64,000 nucleotides of DNA from Eubacteriales bacterium (GTDB taxonomy: Bacteria; Bacillota; Clostridia; Oscillospirales; CAG-382), in NCBI GenBank assembly GCA_045536935.1, contig JAZSOO010000019.1, forward strand, positions 1,813 through 65,812. Direction: 5' to 3'. Within the stretch, counting starts at the first letter, position 1. Each line of letters opens with the position of its first letter. Position numbers and translations under genes: made by a program. Positions 36,413 through 46,902 of this stretch are shown here, one piece after another. The notes beneath the pieces were generated by a model. The model made no database searches. It had not been told where the DNA came from and saw only the letters and a list, made by a program, of their open reading frames with translations.

Positions 36413-39400
36413 TTAAAACATAGACATTTGGTCGGATTCGGGAAGGTCGCCAAAGCAATTATTCTTCGACAAAAGGTCCATAATAGACTTGTTTACCGAA
36501 GCCTTTACACGAAGTTCTTCAACCGTTGTAGCCTCGCCGTTTTTGATTACTTCAACGATCTTTTCTCCGACAGATTCACCGAGACCGTTAAGCGAGCAAA
36601 GCGGTAATCTTATCTTTCCGTTTTCGGGAACGAAGGCCTTTGCTTCCGATTTACCTATCGAAACGGGAAGGAAGGAAAAACCTCGTGCGAACATTTCAAG
36701 AACTATACGCAATATGGTTATCATACCTTCTTCTGTCGCCGAAAGGTTGGGTGCACTCTTTAATGCATTCAGCCTTTCCTCAATTTTTGCTCTGCCGCTC
36801 ATTACAAGCTCTGCATCGAAGAATTTACGTTTTATGGTGAAATAGGTTGCATAGAAAGCAACGGGCTGATATATCTTAAACCAGCTTAGACGGAGAGAAG
36901 CAATGGTATATGCCGCTGCGTGAGCCTTGGGGAACATATATTGTATCTTATTACAAGAAGCAATATACCATTCGGGAACGTTCTTTTCACGCATTGCGGC
37001 TTCCTGCTCGGGAAGCAAGCCTCTTCCCTTTCTCGTTCTCTCCATAGAGTCGAAGGCTATTGCCGAATCGAGCCCCATATGCATAAGATAGACCATAATA
37101 CTGTCACGTGTACCGATAATTTGGTCGATAGTACAGGTGCCGTTTTCGATAAGGTCCTTACCGTTGCCGAGCCAGATACCCGTACCGTGCGAAAGTCCTG
37201 CGATCTGAACAAGGTCGGCAAAGGATTTTGGCTTTGCGTCGAGAATCATCTGTATTGAATAGTCGGTGCCGAATTCGGGGATACCGAGAGTTCCTATCGG
37301 ACAGCCTATCTGTTCGGGTGTGACACCCAAGGGTTTTGTTGACGCAAAAAGCTCGATAACGTTTTTATCGTTCATGGGAACGTCACGCACGTCGATGCCC
37401 GTATAGTTTTGGAAATACCTATAATAGGTCGGCACATCGTGTCCGAGTATATCAAGCTTCAAAATTGTATCGTGGAGATATTCAAACGCAAAGTGAGTTG
37501 TGATAACACCGCTTGAGGCTTTATTTGCAGGATATTGCACGGGAGTGAAGTCGTAGATCTCATATTCCTTCGGAATAACGACGATACCGCCGGGGTGCTG
37601 TCCCGTTGTGCTTTGAACGCCTACAAAGCCTTGCACAAGACGGTTTTGCTCTGCACGGGTCAACGTTAGATTTTCTTTTTCAAGATACTTCTTAACGTAG
37701 CCGAAGCAGTTCTTATCCTGCAACGTACCAACTGTACCTGCACGGAAGATATTTTCCTTACCAAACAAAACTTCGGTATATTTATGTGCTTCGGACTGAA
37801 CGTCGCCCGAGAAGTTAAGGTCTATATCGGGTGCTTTTTCACCGTGGAATCCAAGGAAGGTCTCAAACGGAATATCGTGACCGTCGGGACGCATTTTTGT
37901 TCCGCATTTGGGACAGTCCTTATCGGGCATATCAAAGCCCGAACCGACCGAGCCGTCGGTGAAAAATTCGGAATATTTACAGTTAGGGCAAGCGTAATGG
38001 GGAGGAAGCGGATTCACCTCCGATATCTTTGCCAACGTTGCAACGAACGACGAGCCTACCGAACCACGGGATCCGACAAGATAGCCGTGTTCTTCGCTGT
38101 TTTGGACAAGACGGCGTGCGATAACGTAAAGTACCGCAAAGCCATTTGAGATAATAGAAGAAAGCTCTCTGTCCATTCTTGCCTTTACGATGTCCGGCAG
38201 TTTGCCTTCATAGCCGTACATTTCCATTGCGGTCTGTTCGCAAAGAGATTGGAGTTCTTCCTCTGCGCCGTCGATCTTAGGTGTATAGGTGCCGTCGGGG
38301 ATAGGCTTTATATTGTCGAAATCCGCAATAACCTTTTTTGGGTTTTCTACAACTATGCGGTAGGCTTCTTCCTCACCGAGATATGCAAATTCGGAGAGCA
38401 TTTCTTCGGTGGTACGGAAGAAGATCCTTGTATCGCGCATTGCATCGGAAAAGCCCTTGCCGCTCATCATTATCTGACGGTATATTTCGTCCTCGGGGTC
38501 CATAAAATGAACGTCACCTGTTGCGACGACAAGCTTTTTTTGTTTATTTGCGATTGCGATTATCTTTCGAACGTTATCGTGAAGCTGTTCGACGGTTGCT
38601 TGGTTTTCTTCGATAAGATAGCCGTTATTGCAATCGGGCTGAACCTCTAAATAATCATAGAAATCGGCAATACGGTAAAGCTCGTTATCGGGACGGTTTT
38701 GCAAGATGGCCTCGTAAAGCTCGCCCGAGGAGCAGGCAGAGCCGAGAATTAATCCCTCACGGTATTCGGAAAGAAGTGTTTTGGGGATTCTCGGTTGTTT
38801 TCTGAAGAAATCGAGATATGACCTCGAAACGAGCTTGTAAAGGTTTTTAAGTCCTTTTAGGTTCTTGACAAGAATGATTATATGGTATGAACGGAGCTGT
38901 TTCGGGTCGGAATTATGAGCCATAGCTGCGTTCATTTCGGTTACGGTGAGAATACCGTTTTCCGCAAGCTTTTGAATCATACAGGTGAATATTTTTGCAA
39001 GCATTTCGGTATCGGCATCGGCTTTATGATGGTCGAATTCGCCGAGATTATAATACTTTGCAAGGGTATCGAGCGTATGCTTCTTTAAATCGCCGTTTAT
39101 AAAACGGGAAAGCGCAACGGTATCAAGATAGGTATTGTCAAACGGAATACTGTTCTCGTCGGCAACACGGCGTATGAACGAAATATCGAAATTTGCGTTA
39201 TGGGCAACCAACATTCTGTCGCCGCAAAATTCCAAGAATTGTTCGACGGCTTCCCGCTCAGACGGTGCACCCTTTACCATATCGTCGGTTATACCCGTTA
39301 AACGCACGATATTTTCGGGTATCGGCTTTCCGCAATCGACAAAGGTTGAAAACTCGCCGATTATTTCGCCGTTTTTATATTTAAGTGCGCCGATCTGCGT

Positions 39401-40786
39401 TATACCGCAAGTATTCGGCGAAAGACCCGTTGTTTCGATATCGAAAATTATAAATTCCGATTCCGCAAATTTGATTTCGTTTTCATCTTCATACCTATAT
39501 ACGGCACGTGCGGTATCGTCAACAAGATAGCCTTCGATGCCGTATATCGGCTTTACGTCGGGATATTTTTTCGCCGCCTTCATAACTATGGGATAGGACT
39601 GAAGCGTACCGTGGTCGGTAAACGCAACGGCAGGCATACCCCAATCGTGCGCACGTTTCATAATATCCTCAGGGTCGGAAAGTGCATCGAGGGCAGACAT
39701 ATTGGTATGTAAATGCAGTTCAACACGTTTTTCCTCGGCATCGTCGATTCTGCCGACGAATCCGCATTTGCTGATTGCTTTTACATGGATCGTAAGTTCA
39801 TCATCTTCGACCATTTGACGGGTTGTACGGTCGAATATCTTTCTATACTCTGCTTTGCCCGAAATCATTACGTATGCAGGAGGTTTGGGAAGCTTTGGGG
39901 CTTCGCTCTTCGGGCAGGTGAAGCGTGCTGTTACCGACGCAGCAAGGTCGGTTATATAAAGGGTATAAGTTACCTTATCGCCTTCATAGTTATCCTTGCT
40001 CTCGACTTCGAACAATTTTCCGCCGACGGCAACGGTAGTGCCGTTTTTGATGTTCGATATAGGAACAAGATTCCAGCTTTTTCTATCGCCCATTATCGGT
40101 TCGGGGTCGGTTATATCCAAAGTCATATTGCCAACACGGACAAGACGTTTTTCGCCCGATTCAAAATAACGTGCGTCGCCAACCGTTTCATTCCTAAAGG
40201 AAGAACGGGGCGCTGTTTTTTCGGTTTCCTTTTCTATTTCAAACTTTTGAGAACGGAGGCTTTCCAAAAGGCTGTCCTCACGTTCGTTATGGTAAGATGC
40301 AATATCAAATTCTTCGCTTTCGAATCTGATATCAAGGTGCACACCGAATTGTTCGGAAACGCACTGTTTTATAAAGTTCTGCGCTCCGTTTGCTTCGGGG
40401 ATATCGGCAGAGATATACTGACGGAGCTTTATTGTGAAAACGCCGTTTGCTCTGTCATAAGAATAGGTAGCACGGTCAAAGAAGCCATAGTTTAGCTTTG
40501 AAACGTTCTTTAAGGTCTCAATTACACCGTCCATATATTTTTCTTCGAAGGGAACTGCATATTTAGGATAGACAGACGCAGAATTTAGGTTATACGCCTT
40601 CTTTATATCCGATTCTATCTCGAAGATAACAGACGGTTGGACATAGGAAGAAAACTCCGCTGTGACCGCAATACAAATACGTTCACGGTCGACCTTTACG
40701 GAGAAGGCGGTGCAACAGGATATGGCATCTTTCGCCTTTTGGGAGAACGACGCTTTTTTGAATTTATTTAAAAATTCATTAAGCAT
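36413..40786 (-). CDS. polC: DNA polymerase III PolC-type
   Basis: 1457 aa. PHP ELHLHTNMSALD, inserted exonuclease FIIFDIETTGLS, Pol III alpha core. Confidence 0.97.
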   Translation of the reverse strand: MLNEFLNKFKKASFSQKAKDAISCCTAFSVKVDRERICIAVTAEFSSYVQPSVIFEIESDIKKAYNLNSASVYPKYAVPFEEKYMDGVIETLKNVSKLNYGFFDRATYSYDRANGVFTIKLRQYISADIPEANGAQNFIKQCVSEQFGVHLDIRFESEEFDIASYHNEREDSLLESLRSQKFEIEKETEKTAPRSSFRNETVGDARYFESGEKRLVRVGNMTLDITDPEPIMGDRKSWNLVPISNIKNGTTVAVGGKLFEVESKDNYEGDKVTYTLYITDLAASVTARFTCPKSEAPKLPKPPAYVMISGKAEYRKIFDRTTRQMVEDDELTIHVKAISKCGFVGRIDDAEEKRVELHLHTNMSALDALSDPEDIMKRAHDWGMPAVAFTDHGTLQSYPIVMKAAKKYPDVKPIYGIEGYLVDDTARAVYRYEDENEIKFAESEFIIFDIETTGLSPNTCGITQIGALKYKNGEIIGEFSTFVDCGKPIPENIVRLTGITDDMVKGAPSEREAVEQFLEFCGDRMLVAHNANFDISFIRRVADENSIPFDNTYLDTVALSRFINGDLKKHTLDTLAKYYNLGEFDHHKADADTEMLAKIFTCMIQKLAENGILTVTEMNAAMAHNSDPKQLRSYHIIILVKNLKGLKNLYKLVSRSYLDFFRKQPRIPKTLLSEYREGLILGSACSSGELYEAILQNRPDNELYRIADFYDYLEVQPDCNNGYLIEENQATVEQLHDNVRKIIAIANKQKKLVVATGDVHFMDPEDEIYRQIMMSGKGFSDAMRDTRIFFRTTEEMLSEFAYLGEEEAYRIVVENPKKVIADFDNIKPIPDGTYTPKIDGAEEELQSLCEQTAMEMYGYEGKLPDIVKARMDRELSSIISNGFAVLYVIARRLVQNSEEHGYLVGSRGSVGSSFVATLAKISEVNPLPPHYACPNCKYSEFFTDGSVGSGFDMPDKDCPKCGTKMRPDGHDIPFETFLGFHGEKAPDIDLNFSGDVQSEAHKYTEVLFGKENIFRAGTVGTLQDKNCFGYVKKYLEKENLTLTRAEQNRLVQGFVGVQSTTGQHPGGIVVIPKEYEIYDFTPVQYPANKASSGVITTHFAFEYLHDTILKLDILGHDVPTYYRYFQNYTGIDVRDVPMNDKNVIELFASTKPLGVTPEQIGCPIGTLGIPEFGTDYSIQMILDAKPKSFADLVQIAGLSHGTGIWLGNGKDLIENGTCTIDQIIGTRDSIMVYLMHMGLDSAIAFDSMERTRKGRGLLPEQEAAMREKNVPEWYIASCNKIQYMFPKAHAAAYTIASLRLSWFKIYQPVAFYATYFTIKRKFFDAELVMSGRAKIEERLNALKSAPNLSATEEGMITILRIVLEMFARGFSFLPVSIGKSEAKAFVPENGKIRLPLCSLNGLGESVGEKIVEVIKNGEATTVEELRVKASVNKSIMDLLSKNNCFGDLPESDQMSMF

Positions 40787-41831
40787 TAAGAAGTTCCTTT
40801 ATCTCTTTTATAAGTACGGGGACGATCTCGGATTCGTCAAGTTTCTTTATTATTTCGCCTTTACGGAACAAAAGTCCCGATTCTTTACCGCAGGCAACGC
40901 CGAGATCTGCGTGTTTTGCTTCGCCGGGGCCGTTTACGACACAGCCCATTAAAGCAACCGTAAGTCTGCGGTCGGTCTTTATCTCTCTGGTTTGCTTTTC
41001 AAGCTCTGCAACGAGAGGAATTAGGTTTGATTGGGTTCTTCCGCAGGTTGGGCAGGAAACGATATTGATTCCTCCGCCTATACCGCAACAGAAAAGAATA
41101 TCCTGTGCGGCAAGGACTTCTTTTACGGGGTCATCGGTCAATGAAACACGGACTGTGTCACCGATTCCGTCAAGGAGAAGAGCGCCTATGCCTATTGCGG
41201 ATTTTATATTCCCTCTTCGAACGTCACCCGTTTCGGTAACGCCGATATGGAGAGGATAATTGCATTTTTCGGACAAAATTCTTGCAGCTTTGGTCATTGT
41301 CAAAACGTCGGAGCTTTTTACCGAAAGAACGATATTATTAAAATCGCACTCTTCAAGCATTCTTGCGTTATTAAGCGCACTTTCCGCCAATGCTTCTGCT
41401 GTTGGTCCGCCGTATTTTTCAAGAAGTGACTTCTCCGTACTGCCGCCGTTTATGCCGATTCTTATGGGAATATTACGGATCTTGCAGGCGTTTGCGACCT
41501 TTTTTATATTTTCTTTATCGCCGATATTGCCGGGGTTTATGCGTATCTTCGATATACCTCTCTCTGCTGCCGCAAGCGCCAGACGGTAGTCAAAATGGAT
41601 ATCCGCAACTAACGGCATTGAAACATTCTCTACGTAATAGGGTATCGCTTCCGCCGCCTCCATATCGTTTACGGTGAAGCGGACTATATCACAGCCTGCG
41701 GAGGAAAGCGCCTTAATCTGATTTAAGGTTGCTTCCCTATCGGCGGTCTTTGTGTTCGTCATAGATTGGATAGCAATCCTATTACCGCCGCCTATGGTTA
41801 TATTGCCTATCTTAACTTCTCTTGTTTTCAT
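40779..41831 (-). CDS. ispG: 4-hydroxy-3-methylbut-2-en-1-yl diphosphate synthase
   Basis: 350 aa. ..IAIQSMTNT.., C-terminal Fe-S cysteines CPTCGR...GCVVNGPGE. The polC start overlaps its 3' end by 8 nt. Confidence 0.95.
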   Translation of the reverse strand: MKTREVKIGNITIGGGNRIAIQSMTNTKTADREATLNQIKALSSAGCDIVRFTVNDMEAAEAIPYYVENVSMPLVADIHFDYRLALAAAERGISKIRINPGNIGDKENIKKVANACKIRNIPIRIGINGGSTEKSLLEKYGGPTAEALAESALNNARMLEECDFNNIVLSVKSSDVLTMTKAARILSEKCNYPLHIGVTETGDVRRGNIKSAIGIGALLLDGIGDTVRVSLTDDPVKEVLAAQDILFCCGIGGGINIVSCPTCGRTQSNLIPLVAELEKQTREIKTDRRLTVALMGCVVNGPGEAKHADLGVACGKESGLLFRKGEIIKKLDESEIVPVLIKEIKELLNA

Positions 41832-41832
41832 A

Positions 41833-42894
41833 TTAAAAAAGTCCTATCAAGTCTTTGAATGCTACGAAAAACATTAGTCCGAACAAAAGCATTGCAAAGA
41901 ATGCGCTTATTGCCTGTTCGAATTTTGGGTTTAACGGTTTGCGTCTTATTGCCTCGATGATATAGAACAGCAATCTACCGCCGTCAAGAACGGGTATCGG
42001 AAGTAAATTACAAACACCGAGCGAAACGGATATCATAACCGTTAACGTTGCCAGATTTTGCAGAGTTTCTACAAAGTTTCGGCTTGCTTGGATAGTATTA
42101 TTGATCTCGCCGCCGATCGCTATCGGGCCGCCTACGGCGTCCATTCCGTATTTACCCGAGAAGGTATCGTATATCGAATCGACCGTCATATAGACCGTCG
42201 AGACTGATTGCCAGAAGGATTCGTAAATGACGTTGGTAAACGTTTTTTCTTTTCTGTAAACGAGGAAATCCTGATTGCCGAAGGCTATTCCCTTTTCTGT
42301 TTCGATACCGAAAGAAATATCTTCGATATATACCTTTTCGCCGTTACGCAAAACGGTCATATCGATCGGTTCGTTGCCGTCGGAAACAATCTTGTATGCC
42401 ATATCGCTATAGCATTTTATGTTTTTTCCGTTGATCTCGATTATTTCGTCGTTGATCTGCAGTCCGTAATTATTTGAAACGCTGTTTTCCATAAATCCCG
42501 CAACCTTTGTCGAGCCGATAACGCTTCCCGTTGAAACGAGGATAGCCATTATCAAAAAGGCAAGCACGAGATTCATTAAAGGGCCTGCAATAACAATTAA
42601 GATACGTTGCCAGACGGGTTTTTCATTAAGCGGTGTTTTGTATTTATGTTCTTCGGGGATCTCTTCATCATATTCTCCGACCATATTGACAAAACCGCCG
42701 ATGGGGATCGCACGGAGAGAAAAATCGTTATACTTCCCTTTCCAGGTCTTTAATTTCGGGCCCATACCTATCGCAAATTCGATTACACCCACGCCGAAAG
42801 CACGGGCGACCATATAGTGACCGAATTCGTGAATGAATATCAGCAGACCGAATATGAAAATTGTAACGGCAAGCGTTATCAAGGGACTTAACAT
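41833..42894 (-). CDS. rseP: RIP (site-2) zinc metalloprotease RseP/RasP family
   Basis: 353 aa. HEFGHYMVAR, a PDZ-like middle and NLLPIPVLDGG. Confidence 0.92.
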   Translation of the reverse strand: MLSPLITLAVTIFIFGLLIFIHEFGHYMVARAFGVGVIEFAIGMGPKLKTWKGKYNDFSLRAIPIGGFVNMVGEYDEEIPEEHKYKTPLNEKPVWQRILIVIAGPLMNLVLAFLIMAILVSTGSVIGSTKVAGFMENSVSNNYGLQINDEIIEINGKNIKCYSDMAYKIVSDGNEPIDMTVLRNGEKVYIEDISFGIETEKGIAFGNQDFLVYRKEKTFTNVIYESFWQSVSTVYMTVDSIYDTFSGKYGMDAVGGPIAIGGEINNTIQASRNFVETLQNLATLTVMISVSLGVCNLLPIPVLDGGRLLFYIIEAIRRKPLNPKFEQAISAFFAMLLFGLMFFVAFKDLIGLF

Positions 42895-42912
42895 TGAAAA
42901 TCAACTCCGTAA

Positions 42913-44043
42913 TTATTTGCAAAGAGCGACCAAGTTTCTTGCTTCTTTATCGGAAGCAAGAATATCGTCGAGGGTGGGATTTGGGATATAATTAAAGTTT
43001 TCGGTTATATCGATAACCGTATCGAAAAGCTTATTAAAGCTTATCTTTCCGTCAAGGAACAATGCAACGGCTTCTTCGTTTGCACCGTTCATAACGGCAG
43101 GTATGTTGCCTCCCCTTTCGATAGAACGTCTTGCAAGGGCAAGAAGGGGGAAGGTTTCTGTATCCGGCTTTTGGAAATTAAGCTCCTTACCGAAAAGGTC
43201 AAGCGAATCCGCAGGCGACGGCATACGTTCGGGATAGGTTATTGCATATTGTATGCAAAGACGCATATCGGGAACACCAAGCTGTGCTATCACTGCAGAA
43301 TCTTCAAACTCAACAAGCGAATGAACGATGCTTTGAGGGTGTATTACAACCTCTACCTTATCGGGAGAAACGTCGAAAAGATGAACCGCTTCGATAAGCT
43401 CAAGCCCTTTATTCATAAGGCTTGCGCTATCGACGGAGATCTTTCTGCCCATATTCCAGCGAGGGTGTTTTATCGCCATTTCGGGAGTTACGTTCTTAAT
43501 ATACTCCTTACTTTGTCCCAAAAACGGGCCGCCCGAGCCTGTCAGCAGTATTTTTTTGATCCTTCCGCCGCCCTGCAGACATTGGAATATTGCAGAATGC
43601 TCGCTATCGACGGGGAGAAGCGTTGCTCCGCCTTTTTTTACGGCATCGGTAACAAGAGTACCGCCTGCAACCAGCGTTTCTTTATTTGCAAAGGCGATCT
43701 TCTTTCCCTTTTTTGCCGCTTCGAGCGTTGGGAGCAAGCCCGTCATTCCGACAACGGCGTTGACGATAGTTTCGGAAGGGTCTTCGCTTGCAAGAAAGCA
43801 AAGTCCTTCATCGCCCGAAAGAATCTCTATATTTGTATCCGCCAAAAGCGTCTTTAATTCCGAATACTTTGCTTCGCTTATACAAACCTTATCGGGTCTG
43901 AATTCACGGCATTGCGATTCCAACAGCTTCGTATTGGAATGTGCGGAAAGCGCAGTGACGCGAAGCCCAAGGTTTCGCGCCACATCGAGAGTTTGAGTTC
44001 CTATTGAGCCCGTTGAACCGAGCAATGAGATAGTTTTATCCAT
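42913..44043 (-). CDS. dxr: 1-deoxy-D-xylulose 5-phosphate reductoisomerase
   Basis: MDKTISLLGSTGSIGTQTLDV.. from ATG 44043. An upstream GTG at 44052 that overlaps the cdsA stop is an alternative start. Confidence 0.93.
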   Translation of the reverse strand: MDKTISLLGSTGSIGTQTLDVARNLGLRVTALSAHSNTKLLESQCREFRPDKVCISEAKYSELKTLLADTNIEILSGDEGLCFLASEDPSETIVNAVVGMTGLLPTLEAAKKGKKIAFANKETLVAGGTLVTDAVKKGGATLLPVDSEHSAIFQCLQGGGRIKKILLTGSGGPFLGQSKEYIKNVTPEMAIKHPRWNMGRKISVDSASLMNKGLELIEAVHLFDVSPDKVEVVIHPQSIVHSLVEFEDSAVIAQLGVPDMRLCIQYAITYPERMPSPADSLDLFGKELNFQKPDTETFPLLALARRSIERGGNIPAVMNGANEEAVALFLDGKISFNKLFDTVIDITENFNYIPNPTLDDILASDKEARNLVALCK

Positions 44044-44048
44044 AGTTA

Positions 44049-44873
44049 TCACATAAAGTAATTATAGAATATTATGATCGAGATAAGTCCGATTGCAGTT
44101 ACGATCGAAGCAGGAATTACGCTGTCGAATCTGTCAAGTACACCGCCGTGACCGGGGAATATCTTGCCGTAATCCTTAACACCGAAACGGCGTTTGATTA
44201 CAGATGCGACCAAATCGCCAAGCTGGCTTACTATCGACACGGGAAGCGCCATAAGTCCCCAGAGAGGATCGTTCTGCGCAATCCAGAACACAACTACACC
44301 TGCCAACGTGCCGAATACCGTACCGCCGACTGCGCCTGCAACAGTCTTTTTGGGAGATATATCGGGGCAAAGCTTTTTCTTTCCGAAAAGCATACCCGTA
44401 AAATATGCAAAAGTATCGGTACACCAAGCGACCGCAAGAACGAACGCAACCGACCAAAGTCCCAACACGGGGCGAAAGGCGGAAAGCTCCGACAAAGCAA
44501 CGAAGCCTGCGGTTATGTATACTGCAAGTCCGTAGAACATAAGAACACGTTCGATATTTACTGTCTTATGCTGAACAAGGCAGACGAAAAGGAAATACAA
44601 CAAAGACAATATCAATACTGCAAGAAGGCAGGCTGCCGCTGCGAAAAGACGTGCCTCAAACAAAGGACAAACGCCGACGCATATTGCCGAGCCTATTATT
44701 GCAGGAAGGGATATTGCATAGTTTTTCAGCAATCCGCAGCAACCGAGCATTTCATAGATCGAAAATCCGCAGATCAAAGCGAATATCAAGGATGCTCCCC
44801 ATACTCCGCCGAATATCAGTGCAGGCACAAAGACCAGCAAAGCAACGATGGCGGTCAATATTCTTGTTATCAT
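44049..44873 (-). CDS. cdsA: phosphatidate cytidylyltransferase
   Basis: 274 aa, polytopic. Signature SVIKRRFGVKDYGKIFPGHGGVLDRFDS. Confidence 0.93.
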   Translation of the reverse strand: MITRILTAIVALLVFVPALIFGGVWGASLIFALICGFSIYEMLGCCGLLKNYAISLPAIIGSAICVGVCPLFEARLFAAAACLLAVLILSLLYFLFVCLVQHKTVNIERVLMFYGLAVYITAGFVALSELSAFRPVLGLWSVAFVLAVAWCTDTFAYFTGMLFGKKKLCPDISPKKTVAGAVGGTVFGTLAGVVVFWIAQNDPLWGLMALPVSIVSQLGDLVASVIKRRFGVKDYGKIFPGHGGVLDRFDSVIPASIVTAIGLISIIIFYNYFM

Positions 44874-44876
44874 AAA

Positions 44877-45572
44877 TTACCTCCCGAACCGACGTTCACG
44901 TTTTGAGAAGGATTCTATTGCTTTCAGTAATTCTTTTTTGTCAAAATCGGGCCAATAAACGTCCGTGAAATAATATTCGGAATATGCCGACTGCCACAGC
45001 AGGAAATTTGATATTCTGTATTCCCCGCTCGTGCGCACGACCAGATCGGGATCGGGCACGCCTGCGGAATAGAGATTTCTTTCGATATCCTCGGCAGTTA
45101 TTTCGGTCTTGCCCTCTTTCAAAAGACGGTTTACCGCATTGACAAGCTCTTGACGTCCGCCGTAGGAAAGGCAGATGCAAAGCGTCATACCCGTATTATT
45201 CGAAAGACGTTCTTCAACCGAACGGAGCGCTTCTCTGTATTTAGGTTCGAAACGGTCGATATCGCCCAAAAGCTTCAAGCGGATATTCTTTCTTACCATT
45301 TCGGGTTCGTATTTAACGATACCACGGCTCATTAATTCCATCAAAGCCGAAACCTCTTCGGTGGCACGGTTCCAGTTTTCGGTTGAAAAGGCATAGACGG
45401 TAAGATATTCGATACCCAGATCACTGCAGGAATCGACGGTGTTGACGAAAGTGTCAAGACCTACTTTATGGCCTGCGGTACGGGGAAGAAGACGTTTCTT
45501 TGCCCATCTTCCGTTACCGTCCATTATTATTGCTATATGACGTGGAATTTTAAGTTCGGTCGTTTCCGACAT
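44877..45572 (-). CDS. uppS: isoprenyl transferase (undecaprenyl diphosphate synthase)
   Basis: 231 aa. HIAIIMDGNGRWA.. and ..RTSGEYRISNFLLWQ... Confidence 0.95.
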   Translation of the reverse strand: MSETTELKIPRHIAIIMDGNGRWAKKRLLPRTAGHKVGLDTFVNTVDSCSDLGIEYLTVYAFSTENWNRATEEVSALMELMSRGIVKYEPEMVRKNIRLKLLGDIDRFEPKYREALRSVEERLSNNTGMTLCICLSYGGRQELVNAVNRLLKEGKTEITAEDIERNLYSAGVPDPDLVVRTSGEYRISNFLLWQSAYSEYYFTDVYWPDFDKKELLKAIESFSKRERRFGR

Positions 45573-45575
45573 AGA

Positions 45576-46127
45576 TCAGATCTCCATTATTTCCTTATCT
45601 TTTCTTGCGACAACAGCGTCAACTTCTTTGATAAGTTTATCGGTGATATCCTGAATGGTCTTTTCTGCGCTCTTGAGGTCGTCTTCGGTGATCTCCGAAT
45701 TCTTCTTCATAGCCTTCGCCGCATCGTTTGCATCACGACGGATGTTACGGATCGCAACCTTGCAGTCTTCGCCCATTTTGGAAGTCTTCTTTGTGAGTTC
45801 TTTTCTGCGTTCTTCGGTCAATGCAGGGAAAACAAGACGAACACATTTGCCGTCGTTGGTGGGGGTTATTCCTACGTCGGAAGCGAGGATAGCCTTTTCG
45901 ATCTCCTTAAGCATGCTTGCTTCCCAAGGAGTTATAACAAGAGTTCTTGCATCGGCTGCCTTTACGGTTGCAACACCTTCGATACCTGTGGGGCTTCCGT
46001 AATAGGAAACGGTTACTTTATCAAGAACCTTTGCGCTTGCACGGCCGACTCTTATGGTTCCGAAGTCTTCTTCGAGAACGCTTATACTCTTTTTCATTCT
46101 TTCTTCAAAGGGTTTCATTTCAAACAT
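45576..46127 (-). CDS. frr: ribosome recycling factor
   Basis: 183 aa. ..VSYYGSPTGIEGVATV..LTEERRKEL... Confidence 0.95.
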   Translation of the reverse strand: MFEMKPFEERMKKSISVLEEDFGTIRVGRASAKVLDKVTVSYYGSPTGIEGVATVKAADARTLVITPWEASMLKEIEKAILASDVGITPTNDGKCVRLVFPALTEERRKELTKKTSKMGEDCKVAIRNIRRDANDAAKAMKKNSEITEDDLKSAEKTIQDITDKLIKEVDAVVARKDKEIMEI

Positions 46128-46160
46128 GGTTATTACCTTCCTTTTGTTGATTTATGTAAA

Positions 46161-46874
46161 TTAATTATGTATCAAGGTTCCGATATTTTCACCGTTTGCC
46201 GCACGAATGATATTATCGGGCTCCGACAAGGGGAAAAGCACGGTTTTAATTCCGCTTTCTTCGCCGATGGTTGCGGCGCTCTGGTCGATAGCCTTCAATC
46301 CGAGAGAAAGCATTTCGGAATAGGTCAATTCGTCAAACTTTTTAGCATCGGGATATTTTGCAGGGTCTTTGTCGTAAACACCGTTTACGTTCTTTGCGGA
46401 AAGGACTGCATCGCACTTAAGCTCTGCCGCACGGAGCATCATGCCCGTGTCGGTCGAGAAGAAGGGGTAGCCGACACCGCAGGAAAGGATCACAACTTCG
46501 TTATTTTCGAGGTATTCGATCGCTTTATACTGGGAATAGGGTTCGCAGAACTGTTGAATCTGAACGGCACTCATAACGTGTGCGTTCACGCCGGTCTTGA
46601 TGATATAGTCCTGCATAGCGATAGAGTTGATGACCGTTGCGAGCATACCCATGTGGTCACCTCTTACACGGTCGACCGAAAGGCCGTTCTGTCTTGCACC
46701 ACGCCAGATATTACCTGCTCCGATGACGATACAGACCTGTGTGCCGTCCTTTACAAGACGGGATATCACGTCTGCAACGGAAGTGAGCATATCTCCGTTT
46801 AGGATACGGTTTCCTTCGCCGGAAAGTGCTTCGCCGCTTAATTTTACAAGAACACGCTTGTATTGGTTTGCCAT
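46161..46874 (-). CDS. pyrH: UMP kinase
   Basis: 237 aa. MANQYKRVLVKLSGEAL... Confidence 0.95.
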   Translation of the reverse strand: MANQYKRVLVKLSGEALSGEGNRILNGDMLTSVADVISRLVKDGTQVCIVIGAGNIWRGARQNGLSVDRVRGDHMGMLATVINSIAMQDYIIKTGVNAHVMSAVQIQQFCEPYSQYKAIEYLENNEVVILSCGVGYPFFSTDTGMMLRAAELKCDAVLSAKNVNGVYDKDPAKYPDAKKFDELTYSEMLSLGLKAIDQSAATIGEESGIKTVLFPLSEPDNIIRAANGENIGTLIHN

Positions 46875-46902
46875 TTCAAATTCCCTCGCTTTTTTACTTG
46901 AT